64,000 nt of DNA, taken from assembly GCA_964234715.1 (NCBI GenBank), contig OZ174282.1, one strand, 5' to 3'. Below are positions 25,736 to 39,721 of the stretch, in pieces; within the stretch, counting starts at the first letter, position 1; each line of letters starts with the position of its first letter. The notes beneath the pieces are model-generated. The model had not been told where the DNA came from. It searched no databases and saw only the letters and a list, made by a program, of their open reading frames with translations. The position numbers and the translations under genes were made by a program. Source of the DNA: Podarcis melisellensis (taxonomy: Eukaryota).

Positions 25736-26719
25736 CTGGTCATACTCACCGCTGGCATGTGACCTTCAGAGGATTAGGCACCACTGCCACTACAAGGAAA
25801 TGTACAATTTGGAAAACTAGAAGTTTCAGATCCTTTTGCTTTAAACTGATGGAACTGGATTGCAAAAATGCACAGTAATAAACTGATTAAGCCTCTAATC
25901 AATGGATATTTGTGTAAGTGCCAGACATAAGGCATAAGTGACTCCATGTGTTAATCGCAAGGCAAGCATTTGTTTCAGCTCGCCTCATGCAACAAGAAAA
26001 AGAGAATTTGGTCTCACTTCAGGGTGAGATATACTAAATGGACTTAAGTAGACACTTAATAAAGAGGAATGATGAGTTAAAGGTATTTGCCTTCTAATGT
26101 AGCTCCACCACCACTTCTTCCTGGCCAGACTCCTGATAACAACCACTGGAGACTGACTTGGATACTATCAGATACATCTTTATTTCTTTAAGTAAAGCAC
26201 CCACTCATCCCAAAGGTTTGGGACTGGAAGCCGTTTGAAATGCAATATACCCAGTTATAAAGTTCTATTACACTTCAATTAAAAGAACTAAAAATGTAAT
26301 GGTATTGCCATGACCCCAAGCCTCTATTAGTTTCATCAAAGCACCAACAGCTAGCTTAAAATGCATAAAGCCTCAAAATATTAACAAGAAGGTAGGCAGC
26401 CTTAGACTTTAGAAAGCTATATTCCAGTGAGAAGGATGGTAGTTTTCAAGTCACACCCTTTTACGTAAATGCTGTTCCCACTGTTTATATAGTTACATAT
26501 ATTCTCACAGACATTTGTAACATGGAAGTTCTACATTACTGTGCACCTCAAGCATTTTTCCAAAAAACAAACAAACCCAGAAGTTATTACATTATGGAAT
26601 TTAGATGAAGCCTTTGCTTCAAGAAGTGCTGAGACTCACCAGGCTCTTCTCTTGCAGGCAATCTGCCTCTGCATCTTCAAAAACCATAAGTTAACAAACA
26701 GGCAAGCACGCAGGAAAAA

Positions 26720-26870
26720 AATAACAATAATTATCGCAATAACTACTTAGCACTTGTATAGTGCTTTGTGCAATGGAAGTGCTGAGCAGACATTAAATAA
26801 TTAGCCCTCAACACCCAGGTGAGGTAGAGACATATAATTACCCACACACTGCAGCTGAGGGGAAAGACAT
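26720..26870 (-). mobile_element. MIR/CORE-SINE fragment
   Basis: ACTTAGCACTTGTATAGTGCTTT...CCTCAACACCC..GTGAGGTAG...ATTA.CC.CA...TGCAG.TG.GG..A pattern. Confidence 0.6.
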
Positions 26871-28151
26871 TGGGAGATCAGCATAAGAGAGGTAAAAAGG
26901 TGCTATTCACCTAGTGCACTTCAGAAAACAGGACACTGCCTGAAACCTGATGTTACATATGCTTACACAAATGACTGGTAAGAAACTGTATTTATTCATA
27001 AGGACATCTGATGAAAATCAAAACATATGCTGGGCCCAGACTCCCCTCACCCTCCCACCTGGCATTTTGAATACTATCACACCTGGATGGGCTTTATTTG
27101 AAAATCTGTTCACAGTTCCAGAGAATCAATAGGAGAGTTTCTCTGAGCATATACCAAATGCGTTACCCTCACCACTTTCCAGTCAATAAAAAACCAAAAG
27201 GTTTAGGAGAAAGCTGCCCTATAAAATAGGTGTGAGGAAACTATGGTCAACAGCAACATCCCGAGGAACAAAAGGTTATGGTTGGAGTCTTCCTTGGCCT
27301 AGTTGGAAGTGTTGAGATTTCCTCTTTACAGATGTTACTGTTAGGATGTAGGATCAACACTTCCTAGACCACAACTAATGCATACGTGGGCTCTTAGAAT
27401 CGTGACTTCACATACAAACATGTATTGATCCACTAAGTCATGAGTGCATAGGGTTTTGCATTAATGACTATGGCAGTGAAAAGAGATGAGCACACACCAA
27501 GGGACCAAATATCTTTTCAGTGCCTTAGGTGAACATATGCCCCACACTTGAGCTTTGCTGGAGTGCAAGCTTCCCATTTATCTTCCTCTCGGAATGACTT
27601 CTCTCTCCCATAGAAGTGTGGTGAGAATGTGTCTTTTAAAGAGAAAAACAGATGGCATTTTACTTAAACCCAGGGGTTGTCAACCAGTTTGAAATTCACC
27701 TATCCTCTAACCTTACTCTGCCTCCTGTACCCCCTTCCCTGGAAAACAGCACCAACTAAGGTGATTATTGGTGGCATGATCATGATATTCCACAGTGACC
27801 AGGGCTACAGTGCTACAATATATAATGCCAGACCAGGTTCCTGGCTCCAAGTCTTATGCTGAAATCAGGGGGCCACTGAACCTTAGACTGACAGCAGGGG
27901 TTCATTAAGTCAAATGCTACAACACCAAGGACTGGAGTTCACATGTACTTTTCTTGCACAATGGTGCAGGGAGGCACCAGGCAGGAGGAATGCCCATCTT
28001 CAGGCCAGAGAGCTGGCCCTTTAACAGACTAGTTCTCCACAAGGAGGCAGGTCCTAGGAAAGGCGGACTGGAGTCAGAGGCTCAAAGGGGCTGTTTGCTC
28101 CCAACCCTTGTTGAAGTATGTTGGTCACTGTGAGCTCTCCATGGTGCTGCC

Positions 28152-28290
28152 TTAGGAAATAGACTTACACCAAGTAAGACCAATGGTCTACCTAACTCAG
28201 AACTATTTGCGCTGACTAGTGGCTCTCCTGGAGTTTTAGGCAAGGTTCTCCCCTAGCCCTATATGGAATTCAGGTGACTGAACTTAACAC
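28152..28290 (-). mobile_element. tRNA-derived SINE (Squam2-like), degenerate
   Basis: TAGGAA...AGACCAATGGTCTACCTAACTCAG...CTGACT.GTGGCTCTCC; similar to 60479-60676. Confidence 0.55.
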
Positions 28291-28569
28291 CTTTTGCCCT
28301 TTGCTTTGATGCCTTTCTCTTTTGGCTGCTCTGTGAAACCAAAAGAGCGCCATCATGCCTAGCTGAGTAGGTCCACCCATTGCTGTACACAAGGGTCTGT
28401 AAAGTTAGGCAACAGGATTTTAGTCTTTACCTCACTCACTTCTCTGCACAGCAGCTCTGGGTATAGACTCCAAGGAAGGGGAAATGAGCAGCTGTGTCAC
28501 TTGTAGAGATCTCATTACATGTGTCCCAGAATCCCTAAGGGGTTTCTCCCACACAATTTGAGAACCTAT

Positions 28570-28712
28570 TAGAAGTGTGGAGAGCCTCTGATCCTCTATA
28601 TATCACTGAACTACAGCTACCATCAGTCCAAGCAAGTACGGCCAATGGCCAGGAATGATGGGAGGTGCAGTTCAGCAATGTCTGGATGGCCAACTGTTCC
28701 CCACATCTGAAC
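28570..28712. mobile_element. Degenerate palindromic hAT MITE
   Basis: CTGAACTACAGCT.CCATCA...TGATGGGAGGTGCAGTTCAG inverted arms; family of 25094-25229. Confidence 0.65.
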
Positions 28713-29267
28713 TAGAAGGACTGAGTTAAATTGCTCACACAAAAATTATATACTGTATATTTGCAGGTAGCAAAATACTGGAGGCATTTCTGGGGGGGGA
28801 GCAGTGAAATTCTCAGATTTTTTTTCCTCTCAGAAAAATTCTGATCGGAGAAATTGAGCAAAATGGTATATGACTTCCATCATCTAACCTGGCAATAGAG
28901 GAGGTTAGGAAAGAGTAGCAATCAAGCCCGTTGCTTCTTTCAATTATATTAAAACTAATAATATTAAGACTAGATCTGCATATGCACCAAAAATCAATGG
29001 ATTGTGAACCTGAGAGACCATTTCATTGAAAATTCATTGAAATTTATTTAAAAATAAAGCTCAGCTCAGCCCTAGAACCTAGACATTAAGTGACAGGTTG
29101 CCTGAAAAACTGTCCTCTATTATTGGACTAAGCTGGGTGGTGTATAGTTACAGAGTGTTGACTGCTGCTAGGCTGTGGTACTCCAAGTGGAGTGGATGTG
29201 ATCACCACATATTTGTTACATATAATTAGCGCTAACAAAGGTCCATTGATTTCAGTGCATCTGCTCA

Positions 29268-29586
29268 TTGGGTGGGGAACTTCCAGCCAAATGTGGCCCT
29301 CAAGCCCTCTCAATCTGGCCCTCTAAACTCCAGCCACGATACACAGCCTCTCTTTAGGCCCACACCTCCCATGGGGTTTTATTCACACCCCACATGCTTT
29401 TGTCTGGCTGGAATATGCCCTTAAAACTCTGATAAAGCCTCTAACTTGCTTGCTTGGGTGTGAGTGCATGTGTAGGAATTAGTGTATAAATGTAAAATTC
29501 ATATGAATTGCCCCACCCACTCTGTGGCCCCAGAAGATTGCCCAAGTGAATGTGGCTCTTGGGGTGAAAAAGGTTCCTCACCCCTC
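29268..29586. mobile_element. Decayed hAT (Charlie-like) non-autonomous element
   Basis: Termini GGGTGGGGAAC.T / AAGGTTCCTCACCCCT with subterminal TGGCCC repeats. Confidence 0.6.
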
Positions 29587-30278
29587 ACTCTATGACTCGG
29601 TTTAGTATCACCCTTGGATCTATAATTGAATCCTACCTTAGGGGCCAAGCTACACAAGGTGTGGAATTGCATAATGTACAGGTTCACCATTTGCAAGCAA
29701 AAATGAGGTATGTGAATGGCTGCAATTTAGAATGGAAACAAGTAGGTGGGGAGCAGGGGCTTAACCCTTTCCCCTTGGGCAATATACCACCTCAAATGTC
29801 CATGCAGATGCTTTTCTCTTGTGGGGGGGGGGAGATCCATATCCCACAACTTCCCATACCCTACTTTTTAAACCCAGCTGTAGGGTCTTTGGATGGAAAG
29901 TCAGCTTGATGGCAAAAGGTTTAACAGACACTGCTCCCACCCACTCCACTCCCCACCCCCAAACCTGGGGTCTTCCATTCGTGCAGTTGCTTCTTCTGGC
30001 TTTAAAATAAAATTTTAAAAGTTGGGACAAAATTACATGTTACTATATGCTACATACAGCTTGGTCCTTGGTTAGTGGAGACGGGGGGCGGGGGAGGAAA
30101 GCAGAACAATAAAAAATCTCTGCTCTTTTTTTAAAAAAGCATCTTTACATAGAATAACTTGTCAGACTCACACACTTTATTATACACTAGTTCCTTTAGG
30201 TGGACTGCCTTGCATAGAGAGAAGGGTTAAATTTATGTTCCATTACAACACCCCCCTCGTTCCCCCTCTTTTTTTCCT

Positions 30279-30498
30279 NNNNNNNNNNNNNNNNNNNNNN
30301 NNNNNNNNNNNNNNNNNNNNNNNNNNNNNNNNNNNNNNNNNNNNNNNNNNNNNNNNNNNNNNNNNNNNNNNNNNNNNNNNNNNNNNNNNNNNNNNNNNNN
30401 NNNNNNNNNNNNNNNNNNNNNNNNNNNNNNNNNNNNNNNNNNNNNNNNNNNNNNNNNNNNNNNNNNNNNNNNNNNNNNNNNNNNNNNNNNNNNNNNNN
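30279..30498. other. N-run, 220 nt
   Basis: Directly visible. Confidence 0.99.
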
Positions 30499-33400
30499 AG
30501 CAAGCTACCCAGATGTGGTCATGCATATAAAGAACAGGAAGCAGCAGTTTAATTCAGGAAGCACCGGCAAATAGGGCAGCACAAAGGATAAAAGTCTTTT
30601 GTCGCTAATAAGCTGGAAGTTACTTTGATAACAGCAGGGTTAGAGCCTAGAATAAAACACATTTCTTCTCCCTACCATACACCATTAATATCACAGAAAT
30701 GTGGTAGAAAGGAATGTGTGGCACAAGTAAAGATTAGTTGCCGGGCCTTTGCATCAACAGCAACACAATGTCACACAGCTCATATTATTAATTAGGAAAC
30801 CACGACTGGCTACGTCTAGGTGACAGGAGTCGGGGGGGGTGCGTTAACTCCCTTTACCTCTGCAATATGTTCAGATCTGGAACTCTGTACAACGCCAAAT
30901 AATAAGCGCATCATTGTTCCAAGAGAGGCACACACCGCTAAATGGTTTTGTGCTTTTTCCTCCACCCTTTTCTTCGCCCATGGGAAAGGTGAATAATTGG
31001 AAACAGTCTAAATATAATGAAGACCATTTATGTGGTGGCTAAAAATAATTTCGCATGCAGACGGGGCTTGATTTCAGAAGGGGGCAAGAAAGGAAATAAG
31101 GATTTTATATGCGGGCATTTGGCAATTATCCTTCCAGGCTAGAGGTGGACAATGGCTTTGTAAACAATGCAGAGATCGAAAAATAAATAGATAAATAAAT
31201 AAATTATTATTTGATGCCAAAATTCCCCCGCAATGCATGGACAGAGTTTAACTTGGTCTACAGGCATGGCATACAATTTGAGCGGAAACCAAAAGTGTTT
31301 GTGGAGGGGGAGACTTTTATCTGCCAGGGATTTGTGGTGAAAAGGGCTGGATTAGAAATATTCTAAGTGAGGAAGCGAGTAGGGGCCCAGACTTACTGGC
31401 GACCCCAGTACAGCATGGTTTTCCTGCCAGAACTTCTATGTAGAAAATGTGCAAATCATGCTCCACATGATGCCTTTTAATTTTCACACAGCAATACCCT
31501 GGCTGTTGATTTATCATATAGCAATGAAGATGTGGCTATGTGAAGAAATTTAAAATTCTTGTAGTTCTTCAAGCATGATAAACAGAATGACCAAGTTCTT
31601 CACAGGTCACAAGAGAACCCTGGCTGCACGTCAGTGTATGTTTTGACAACTAATGCATGCTTTTTCAAAAATACTGGCGGAACACGGATAAAGCAGCCCA
31701 GTCGTGGAAGATTTGTGGGGTACGGGAATATGATGTAGCATTATAATTTAATCGGCTGCCTTTTTTATACAGACATAGAGACAATCTAAATCAATTTCAC
31801 ATCCTGTGCTATGCGTCAGATCCAACAGATGTGCATATGTACATCTGGAACATGTGATTTCAGGGATCATTGACTATGGATTCAGCCATGGGAACCCTTG
31901 TGCTGTGACAAGCTAGGGTAGATTTTGGGACATCTGAATATCCTTTAATCCTCTATTCCCCCAGGGCATAACCCCAAATAATGGCATAATTCTAAATCAC
32001 ATTTTCATGTGACAAAGATCATACAATTAGTAACAGCGATTACGTAAATGGCAGCTGGGGGAGGGATCCAGATAAGGGTCACAGTAGGCAGAGCTTATTT
32101 AACCCTTTGCCTCTGGTATCCTCATGTCGATAGGGGGAACTGAGGCTGCTATTTGAACTAAGAAGAAAGCTTCTGCTGATGCCAATGGGTCCTTCCAACC
32201 TGGTGAACACAGCAGCTGCAGGAGTGGGTGAGGGGTGGGATCACAATAAAGAGCTAAATTACATGCACGCACTGATATTCTAATCCGCTATTTATTTATT
32301 TTTAATTGTGAGATTATCATCATGTCTATTTTAGCCCTCAGTCCTTGAAACTATGAAACAATAATACAGAAAATAGCATCACTGTGCATGTGAAAAGTGC
32401 CCCTCCCTTACCACAGGCTACCCACAACCTCCCTTGATGCATTTGGGAGAAACAGTAAGAGCTTCCAGCCAAGAAAGTGCAACTTCCAGATAAGCCAACA
32501 TCTCTTAATTCAAATGTTCAGCTACAATATCATTACTTTCACTTATGGCATGAAACAAAAAACAAAACCAAAAACACGTTTCCCACAGGCAAGAGGATAG
32601 GATTCCAACAGCCAGCTCATCTAGCCTTGCACAGCCTTTCATGGGCCCAGTGGCTAAGGATATTTACTGCTTGAGTGAAACCCGCGTGTTTAGCCTGTGG
32701 AACTGAAGCCACAGTACACAACAGCCTTAAACAGGCAAAAGATGCAATCTTCTGCATTAACACAGAATGAGGCACTAGAAAGGGGATTATCTTATTCTTT
32801 TTCTCTCTCTCCAGCCAGTCTGTACGTTCCTTCTAACCTCTCAGGCTGTGCAAGTGGCCTTTGTGTAAAATTTATAGTGCTTCTTGCCATCCTATTTATG
32901 AAGAATACAAATGAGGCTCCCCTGGACATGCTGTTATTTGACAAACACAAATCCATAAATGATGGCACACATCAATAGGCGAAGCAGCAAGGTGATTATG
33001 TGCATGTGTTTTCAAGAAAGGAGAGACTGAATGCACCTGCACTTTATTCTTATTTAAAATGAAGAGGGAGAGCTCCACCTCCGCTGTATTTCAAATTAAC
33101 TATATAAATATTTTTAATATACTTGGAAAATGTATGTGCTCAATGACTCATGCCAAGTTTGTGTGCTGTGGACCACTTTCTTAACAGCAGCAACATTTAT
33201 ATGGTCATAACTGAAGTTTTTTTAATTTAACACCCCATTAAGAGGAATGAGAGGAAAGGACATTTGCACCTTTGTCGGTGATGTTGCTTCAAGTCCATCT
33301 CGGTCTGGATGCAGATGCAACAAGACAGCCTCCCATTGATTTACAAGGCTGCCTCTCAGAAGATGCGGGGCCTGCATCCCTCCCCTCCCCCGCTCCCAGA

Positions 33401-34519
33401 CATTCTAGAAAATGCAGGTGCGCACATGCTGGCATATTCCGTTAATGGCACATCACTCACTACCACACCGTAAATACTGGATGGAAACAATGGCTATTTT
33501 AATAGCATTTTCATTAGCTTGATGCGTTCTTGCAGAGTGAAATCTAGGCTACCGTTATGTTCCAACAACAGTTTGAAAACCAGCAGAATCATATTTAGTT
33601 ACCTGCTGGGGCATCTTGGCATTGTGAAGCAAGGAGAACCAGAAGGGAGGGCAGAAGGGGGGAAATGAGGGGTGGGGGAAGCAAAAATAGTATATAGCAA
33701 GATTTCTATCCAAAGTAGCAGGATAGAACCAAGTCCTATCTGAAGAATCAGGAGGCAGGTAAACCTCAGGTGGCTAACAATCATGGCAGACACTTCCAAG
33801 ACTTGTCAGGGCAGAACTGGAGGCTGTTTTAGGCAAGGCAAGCCCTGAAACCTAAAATATGCTGAGGTCATGACAATGTGGAAAGGGGATTTGCAGGGGA
33901 GACTCAGGAAGCAGTAGGGGGAGCTTAACCTGGCCCTCGCCTACTGATACTTCCCTGCAAATGCCCTCTAAAATATGTGCCTCCCTCCACAAAAAATAAA
34001 ATAAATAACAGGCTTATTTCTGAAACTGGCTGTTTGTTTGCACATTTACTATATCTGCATGTGTGTGCGCCCTGGATGGAAGTTCAGTAGGTGATCAGGT
34101 AAGGATTTGTGAGCAAATGTTCTAGTAACTCACAGTAAACCGTTCTCTGCTCTGGCTTGTTGGGGTTCTCCGGTGTTCCAGATAAGACAACAATGGATGT
34201 CTCAATATCTTCAGCATGAGGAACTGATTTTTCTAAGAGAAGGGGATTGTTTATCAAGGACCGATAAAGCCATTCTTTACTAAGTTATCTCGTGAGGAAA
34301 ATATATATTTGATGGTCATTTCAACTGTCTCAAAACTGATCCTAAAAAGGATATAACCCCTTATATGCTGCTTCCATGAAATACATTGGGGAAAAGGGAC
34401 GGGTCAACATCAAAGTTTGTTATGTACTGGCCTAAGAGAGCACTTGGAAGAATTAAGTTCTGTCTATGTCGTGGACTTACTGAAAGGTGACTATCTATTG
34501 GTTTCTGCTGCCCAGATGC

Positions 34520-34745
34520 TCGTGGAGAAGAGGATTATTGATGGCTGCTACCCATGATGGCTATCCACAGTTGCAGGTGGCAATGCTTCTGGATATCAGT
34601 TGCTGGAAACCATGGAATGGGGGGGGGTATCCTTGTGCTCAAGTCCCACTTGCGGGTTTCCTACAGACATCTGGATGGTCATTGTGAGAACAGGATGCTG
34701 GACTAGATGGGCCACAGGCCTCATCCAGCAATGAACTTCTTGTTC
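34520..34745 (+). mobile_element. CR1-type LINE 3' end
   Basis: GTGAGAACAGGATGCTGGACTAGATGGGCCA..GGCCT.ATCCAGCA; homologous to 23080-23288. Confidence 0.78.
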
Positions 34746-34934
34746 AGATGCAAATTACCAGGAACAACATAGATCCAACTCAAAGGGCAAGGGTGGCTAA
34801 CTTGTGGTCCTCCATATGTTGTTAGAGTCTAGCTCCCATTGGCCCCAGCCAACATGGCTCATAGCAGTAGCTGTCAAAGCAGTCAAGGCTGGTAAAAGGT
34901 TCTTCATTAGAAGCTCAAGGGACATCTGTGGCTT

Positions 34935-35640
34935 GAGGCACTTTGATCAGTTGGGACTGGTACACCAAGTGAGACCTTACCATGATGGAGACAGCTTGGC
35001 CAAAATTACCCAAGCCCTGGTAACCTCTCTTTCAAACATATCAATGCATATATGTAGGCAAAAAGAGTCCAGAAATTGTCACTGGTTCAAACAAGGCGAT
35101 GGACCAGGACTGGGAATTTTGATCACATCATGCGGTGCTTTGCCAGCTCCACCTGTTCCAGGTCCATTACCAGGCCCAATTTAATGTGCTAGCTTTAACC
35201 CTTAATGATCCAAAGCCAGGTTACCTGAAAGATCACCTTCTTCCTTCTGTACCTTACACACTTCATCAGAGGGTCTGATGGCTATGAACAGGAAGAGAGC
35301 CTTTTTAGTGGCATTCCCCCCTCCACTCCAGTCATGGAACAGGCTTTCCAGAGAGGTTAACCTGGGGCCATCATCCTTGAGGCCTCTGGGTGCCAGGGAA
35401 AACGTTTCTTCTCACCCAGGCCTTTTAAATCATTCCATTTTTACTCCCAGTTTTTTAAAATCTGCATTTAAAAATTGTGGCTGTGTGGTGAATTTTGTTT
35501 CCTTCTTGTTTTTATGATGCTTTTTAGTTGATGGCTTTTATGTTTTGTTTTGGATTCAACTCCTTTTTACACTTATCTGTTGCAAAGCACAGATAACTTT
35601 ATGTTACGGGACGAAACAGAAACATTGCTAATAAATAAAT
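34935..35640 (+). mobile_element. L2 LINE 3' fragment
   Basis: Translates as HFDQLGLVHQVRPYHDGDSLAKITQALVTS (cf. AFYQLRLVRQLRPYL..HALVTSRLDY); T-rich 3' UTR and AATAAATAAAT tail. Confidence 0.82.
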
Positions 35641-38600
35641 ACCATACATGCAGAAATGGGTCAGGATATATTCTACCCCTTCTTAAAATGCACCTTGGTC
35701 TAGTGCATCCAAGACTGGTGACCACAAGGATTCCCAACTGGTGCTTTAAACGTTCTGTAGCAGAATGGCTAACTCTAATGTAACAGCTAAGCGTTGGAAG
35801 ACTCTGAACTCCCCCATCTGTGTTTTCCTTCCCCAGAGGGGTGAGCACACTAAGCAGCAATTCCCTTGCTTGGCACATAATCTCTAAACCTTACGGGCAA
35901 AGCTAGCGATTTCCCAGTCCGAGCAGATTGGCAGTCGAGATCACTTGTTTGACATACTGTGGGGAGCCCGACACTTACCTTATTAAAGGACGGCCCTCTG
36001 AAACGCAGCACAGTTAAATAAACTGTTGCCACCATAATTGTTTAGCAAGCACACTGCTGATAATATTATGAATTGCCGCTAATGTCTGGTTAGTAAATTA
36101 ATACGGGAGTATCATTTAGTGTTAATTCCAGTGAGTTTCCTGAAGTTAAGTATATGAAGAGGGATTAGTTTCCTTCTACCCTGCAATACGCCTAAGGAGA
36201 ATGGCAGAATCACACAGAGCAAGGCCTAAGCCAACTGTATCGAGTGAGATACAAGAAACGTTGTGAACCTGGGATGCCAGTCCGCTGAGAACTTGCTTGC
36301 CAAACTATGGACTCTGGTGATCAGGCTGGAAGACTTCAAACTGACGGCATGCAAATAAGGGCTGCAGGATGAGGCAGTTTGACTCCAGGCCCTCTCATGC
36401 CCCTTCATGGAGACTTATCTTTGTTTTTCTTAGAAGTCCACTTTTCGAAGAACCAGGAGGACGCTGTCATCCTAATGTTTATTAATAACACCTTAATAAA
36501 TTAGTAATAAACCGTAATTGATAGCAGCTTTTATCAACTCGGCTCAATTGTCATCTGAGGGTTCTCCACAGCAAAGATTTAAATGTTTCATTTTATTTTT
36601 AACTTTCCCTTTCCTCTATTTCAGTAATGTCAGGCAAAGAGGTATGGTTTTACTATGTGAACGAATCATGGTGCAGAATAATTTATGACTTAGGCTCAGG
36701 CTTTCAGAAAAAGCTATTTCAAATCTTCACTTTGATTTGGTTGTATCAAAAACTACTCAAAATAACAGCAGAGGCTCTCACAAGTAGAATGCCTTTGCTG
36801 CACCTCAAGGAGCTAGATGTACTGTGCTCCATACCCAGTATTCAAATTAGCTGCCAAAAGAGAGTGGGGGAGGGAGAGAGACCCCATTCACAGGCAGCGC
36901 AAATTAACTCAGTTTGCATATGGCTGTTGTGTTTGAGTATTCTCAGAATTCAGGACATTTGACAAGTATGTAGAGATGGAGGAGAGGGTGAGGAGCTGGA
37001 CAGAGTAGCAGCATCCACAGAAGGAGGTCAGGGGGAGCCCTACACATTACCAGTAGAAGCTTACAGTCCAACAGTGACTTCTGCCCATTTAAAGATGATT
37101 CCTGCATCAATGAGCACTAGGGACCTCGTTGCCAAGTGAAAGCTGAGGTGCTCACACAGTGAGTAAGAATTGTGTATATAGTCCATGCAAGAAAAACAAA
37201 GCTGCATGGGATACATAGGTAGCAGGCACTTACAAGTTCACAGAAACTCATTCCAGAGCACCTTCTGGCTTGTAAGATACTGAAACTTTTTTTTTTTGGT
37301 TATCAATAAGTAACAGGAGCCTAAGGGTTGTGAAATATAAAACATTCATTCCACAATGAGTAGGTCCCTTGAAGCCTCTGGTTCCAAGTACTCATAGATG
37401 GAAAACAATTCACTGATAAACTAATACCCATGTTAGAAACTAAACTAGAATATGGGAAACTAAAGTCTGGGCCCTGAATCAGAGGGCAGTATCCAACTCA
37501 CTTGTCCCATCAGCACTCAGAACTTCCTCCCTCTCCTTCCTCTGCACTCCCCCTAAATACGTTCTGTGGATCCCCCCAACTCTCTGAAGGTGATTTCAGA
37601 AGGTTGTGGGGTGCACACAAGGAGGGGGAGAAGTTCGATTGTGCAAATTGGAAACCCTTGGCTGACAGAACAAGTTTGTTGGATACCACCCAGAATCTTG
37701 GACATGCACCACAGAGCAAACATACAGGTGCAACAGATTCTTACCCACCTACCACCACAAATAGTTTCAAGGGATAGTTTCTGTAGAACTTTGGCACTTT
37801 TGCCTTCATTTTACAGAAATAAATGGCCAGAAGTCTGGTCAACAGCGTCACTCAAGCTCCCCATTTAATCCCTTTCCCTAGTCCTCTCTACCCTTTGAAA
37901 TGAAGTTTCAAGCATAATGCAACAATTATTTTCAACTAACCACTACAAAGATAAATAGATCTGCACTGTCCACCCTCTTCAGTGCAGCCCAGTGGATGGG
38001 GGGTTTCAGGGGATGAGGTCCTGCGAAAGAAGAATTGTTAAGAGCACTCATATATATAATCTTGGTATGGAGAAGGGTAACAGAGGGGAGGGTGTTCAGT
38101 AAAAGATGTGAGTATATCTTACCTTAGCAGCTTAACTGCATACTTGTTTTAAGGACTGTCAGTCTGGTTAGAAATCACTCAGTGAGAGGAGGCAGCTGAG
38201 CCTGGCACTGACAGATTGCCAAAGGGGCGTCCCACTTCCCTATCACAAAAGAAAATAAAGAAAGAGATGATGTAAAGTGAAATGTAACAAATTCACCAAA
38301 TCACAGCAATATGCAGAGGTCAAGGAAATTCAACGGAAAAGGTTAAAGATGAAATCAAATCTGGTGTATGAGAATGAAAATCTATCCCAAAGAAAGGCCA
38401 GTGGTGACGTGTTGTAGACAAGAAGCTAAATACTGCATAGCACTGGGATCTTTCATTTTCATCAGATCAATAAAAGCTTATATTTATCAGGATTCCAAGC
38501 AGCTGCCACTTCTGACAACCTCCACTTTATTTCCTCCCTCCTTGTGCTAGATCAGGGCAAAGAGGAGCAAAAAAGCAGCTTTTAATGCTATTTACACCTG

Positions 38601-39007
38601 AAGTCACAATTCCATTAAGAGGGCCTGTTTTGTTAAAGAAACAGGGATTGATATTATTATATTGGCAGGAGCTGGAAACCCTCTTTGTTCTTCTCTCCAT
38701 GTTTTCCCCCTTTTGCAATCCAGACCCAGCAAGAAGATTTTCTGACATTAAGTGCACTTTTTTGTTCAAACTTACCATTTACAAAGAGAGGAAAGGCTTG
38801 CTGCTAAAACAGTTACTACTCTAATCATCTGTACAACAATATTTGCTATCAGGCATTCTAAATAGATTATCACCAGTCCATCTGTGTCATTATTGATTTA
38901 TAAGGCTTTAAGCGGCTTTAAAATGGAAGCTTTCCCACTAAGGGGTTTCTTGTATAAATCAGAGCCGTACTCAAATATAGCAGCCATCACTCAAGAAAAC
39001 TGTATAT

Positions 39008-39187
39008 NNNNNNNNNNNNNNNNNNNNNNNNNNNNNNNNNNNNNNNNNNNNNNNNNNNNNNNNNNNNNNNNNNNNNNNNNNNNNNNNNNNNNNNNNNNNN
39101 NNNNNNNNNNNNNNNNNNNNNNNNNNNNNNNNNNNNNNNNNNNNNNNNNNNNNNNNNNNNNNNNNNNNNNNNNNNNNNNNNNNNNNN
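39008..39187. other. N-run, 180 nt
   Basis: Directly visible. Confidence 0.99.
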
Positions 39188-39521
39188 ACCTATATTGAGA
39201 ATTGCATCAGAACCCTTAACTCTATTAATTCACTACCCGGTAACTAGATATTGTCCAAAAAGTACATTCTTTGAAACCATACACTGGAAGTAAATCTGAC
39301 AGGGTTCCAAGGATGCTGGAACAAGGTCACTGTCACCCGTATTTTGCTGTCATCTGCATTCTGCTCCTTATGGATGACATCATCAAGTGCCTGTGTAAAT
39401 CGATCACTTAATAGCATTTAGAAAATACTGCAGTAGGGAACAGGTTAGGGGGGGAAATGCCCCAGTTTTATTCTTTTTCTTGGCAGAAATGTCATACCTC
39501 TTAAACTGAGGATTTTTGCAT

Positions 39522-39685
39522 NNNNNNNNNNNNNNNNNNNNNNNNNNNNNNNNNNNNNNNNNNNNNNNNNNNNNNNNNNNNNNNNNNNNNNNNNNNNNNN
39601 NNNNNNNNNNNNNNNNNNNNNNNNNNNNNNNNNNNNNNNNNNNNNNNNNNNNNNNNNNNNNNNNNNNNNNNNNNNNNNNNNNNNN
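39522..39685. other. N-run, 164 nt
   Basis: Directly visible. Confidence 0.99.
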
Positions 39686-39721
39686 AAACATTCTGAGACT
39701 TAGAGGAGAAGTATGAAGCCC

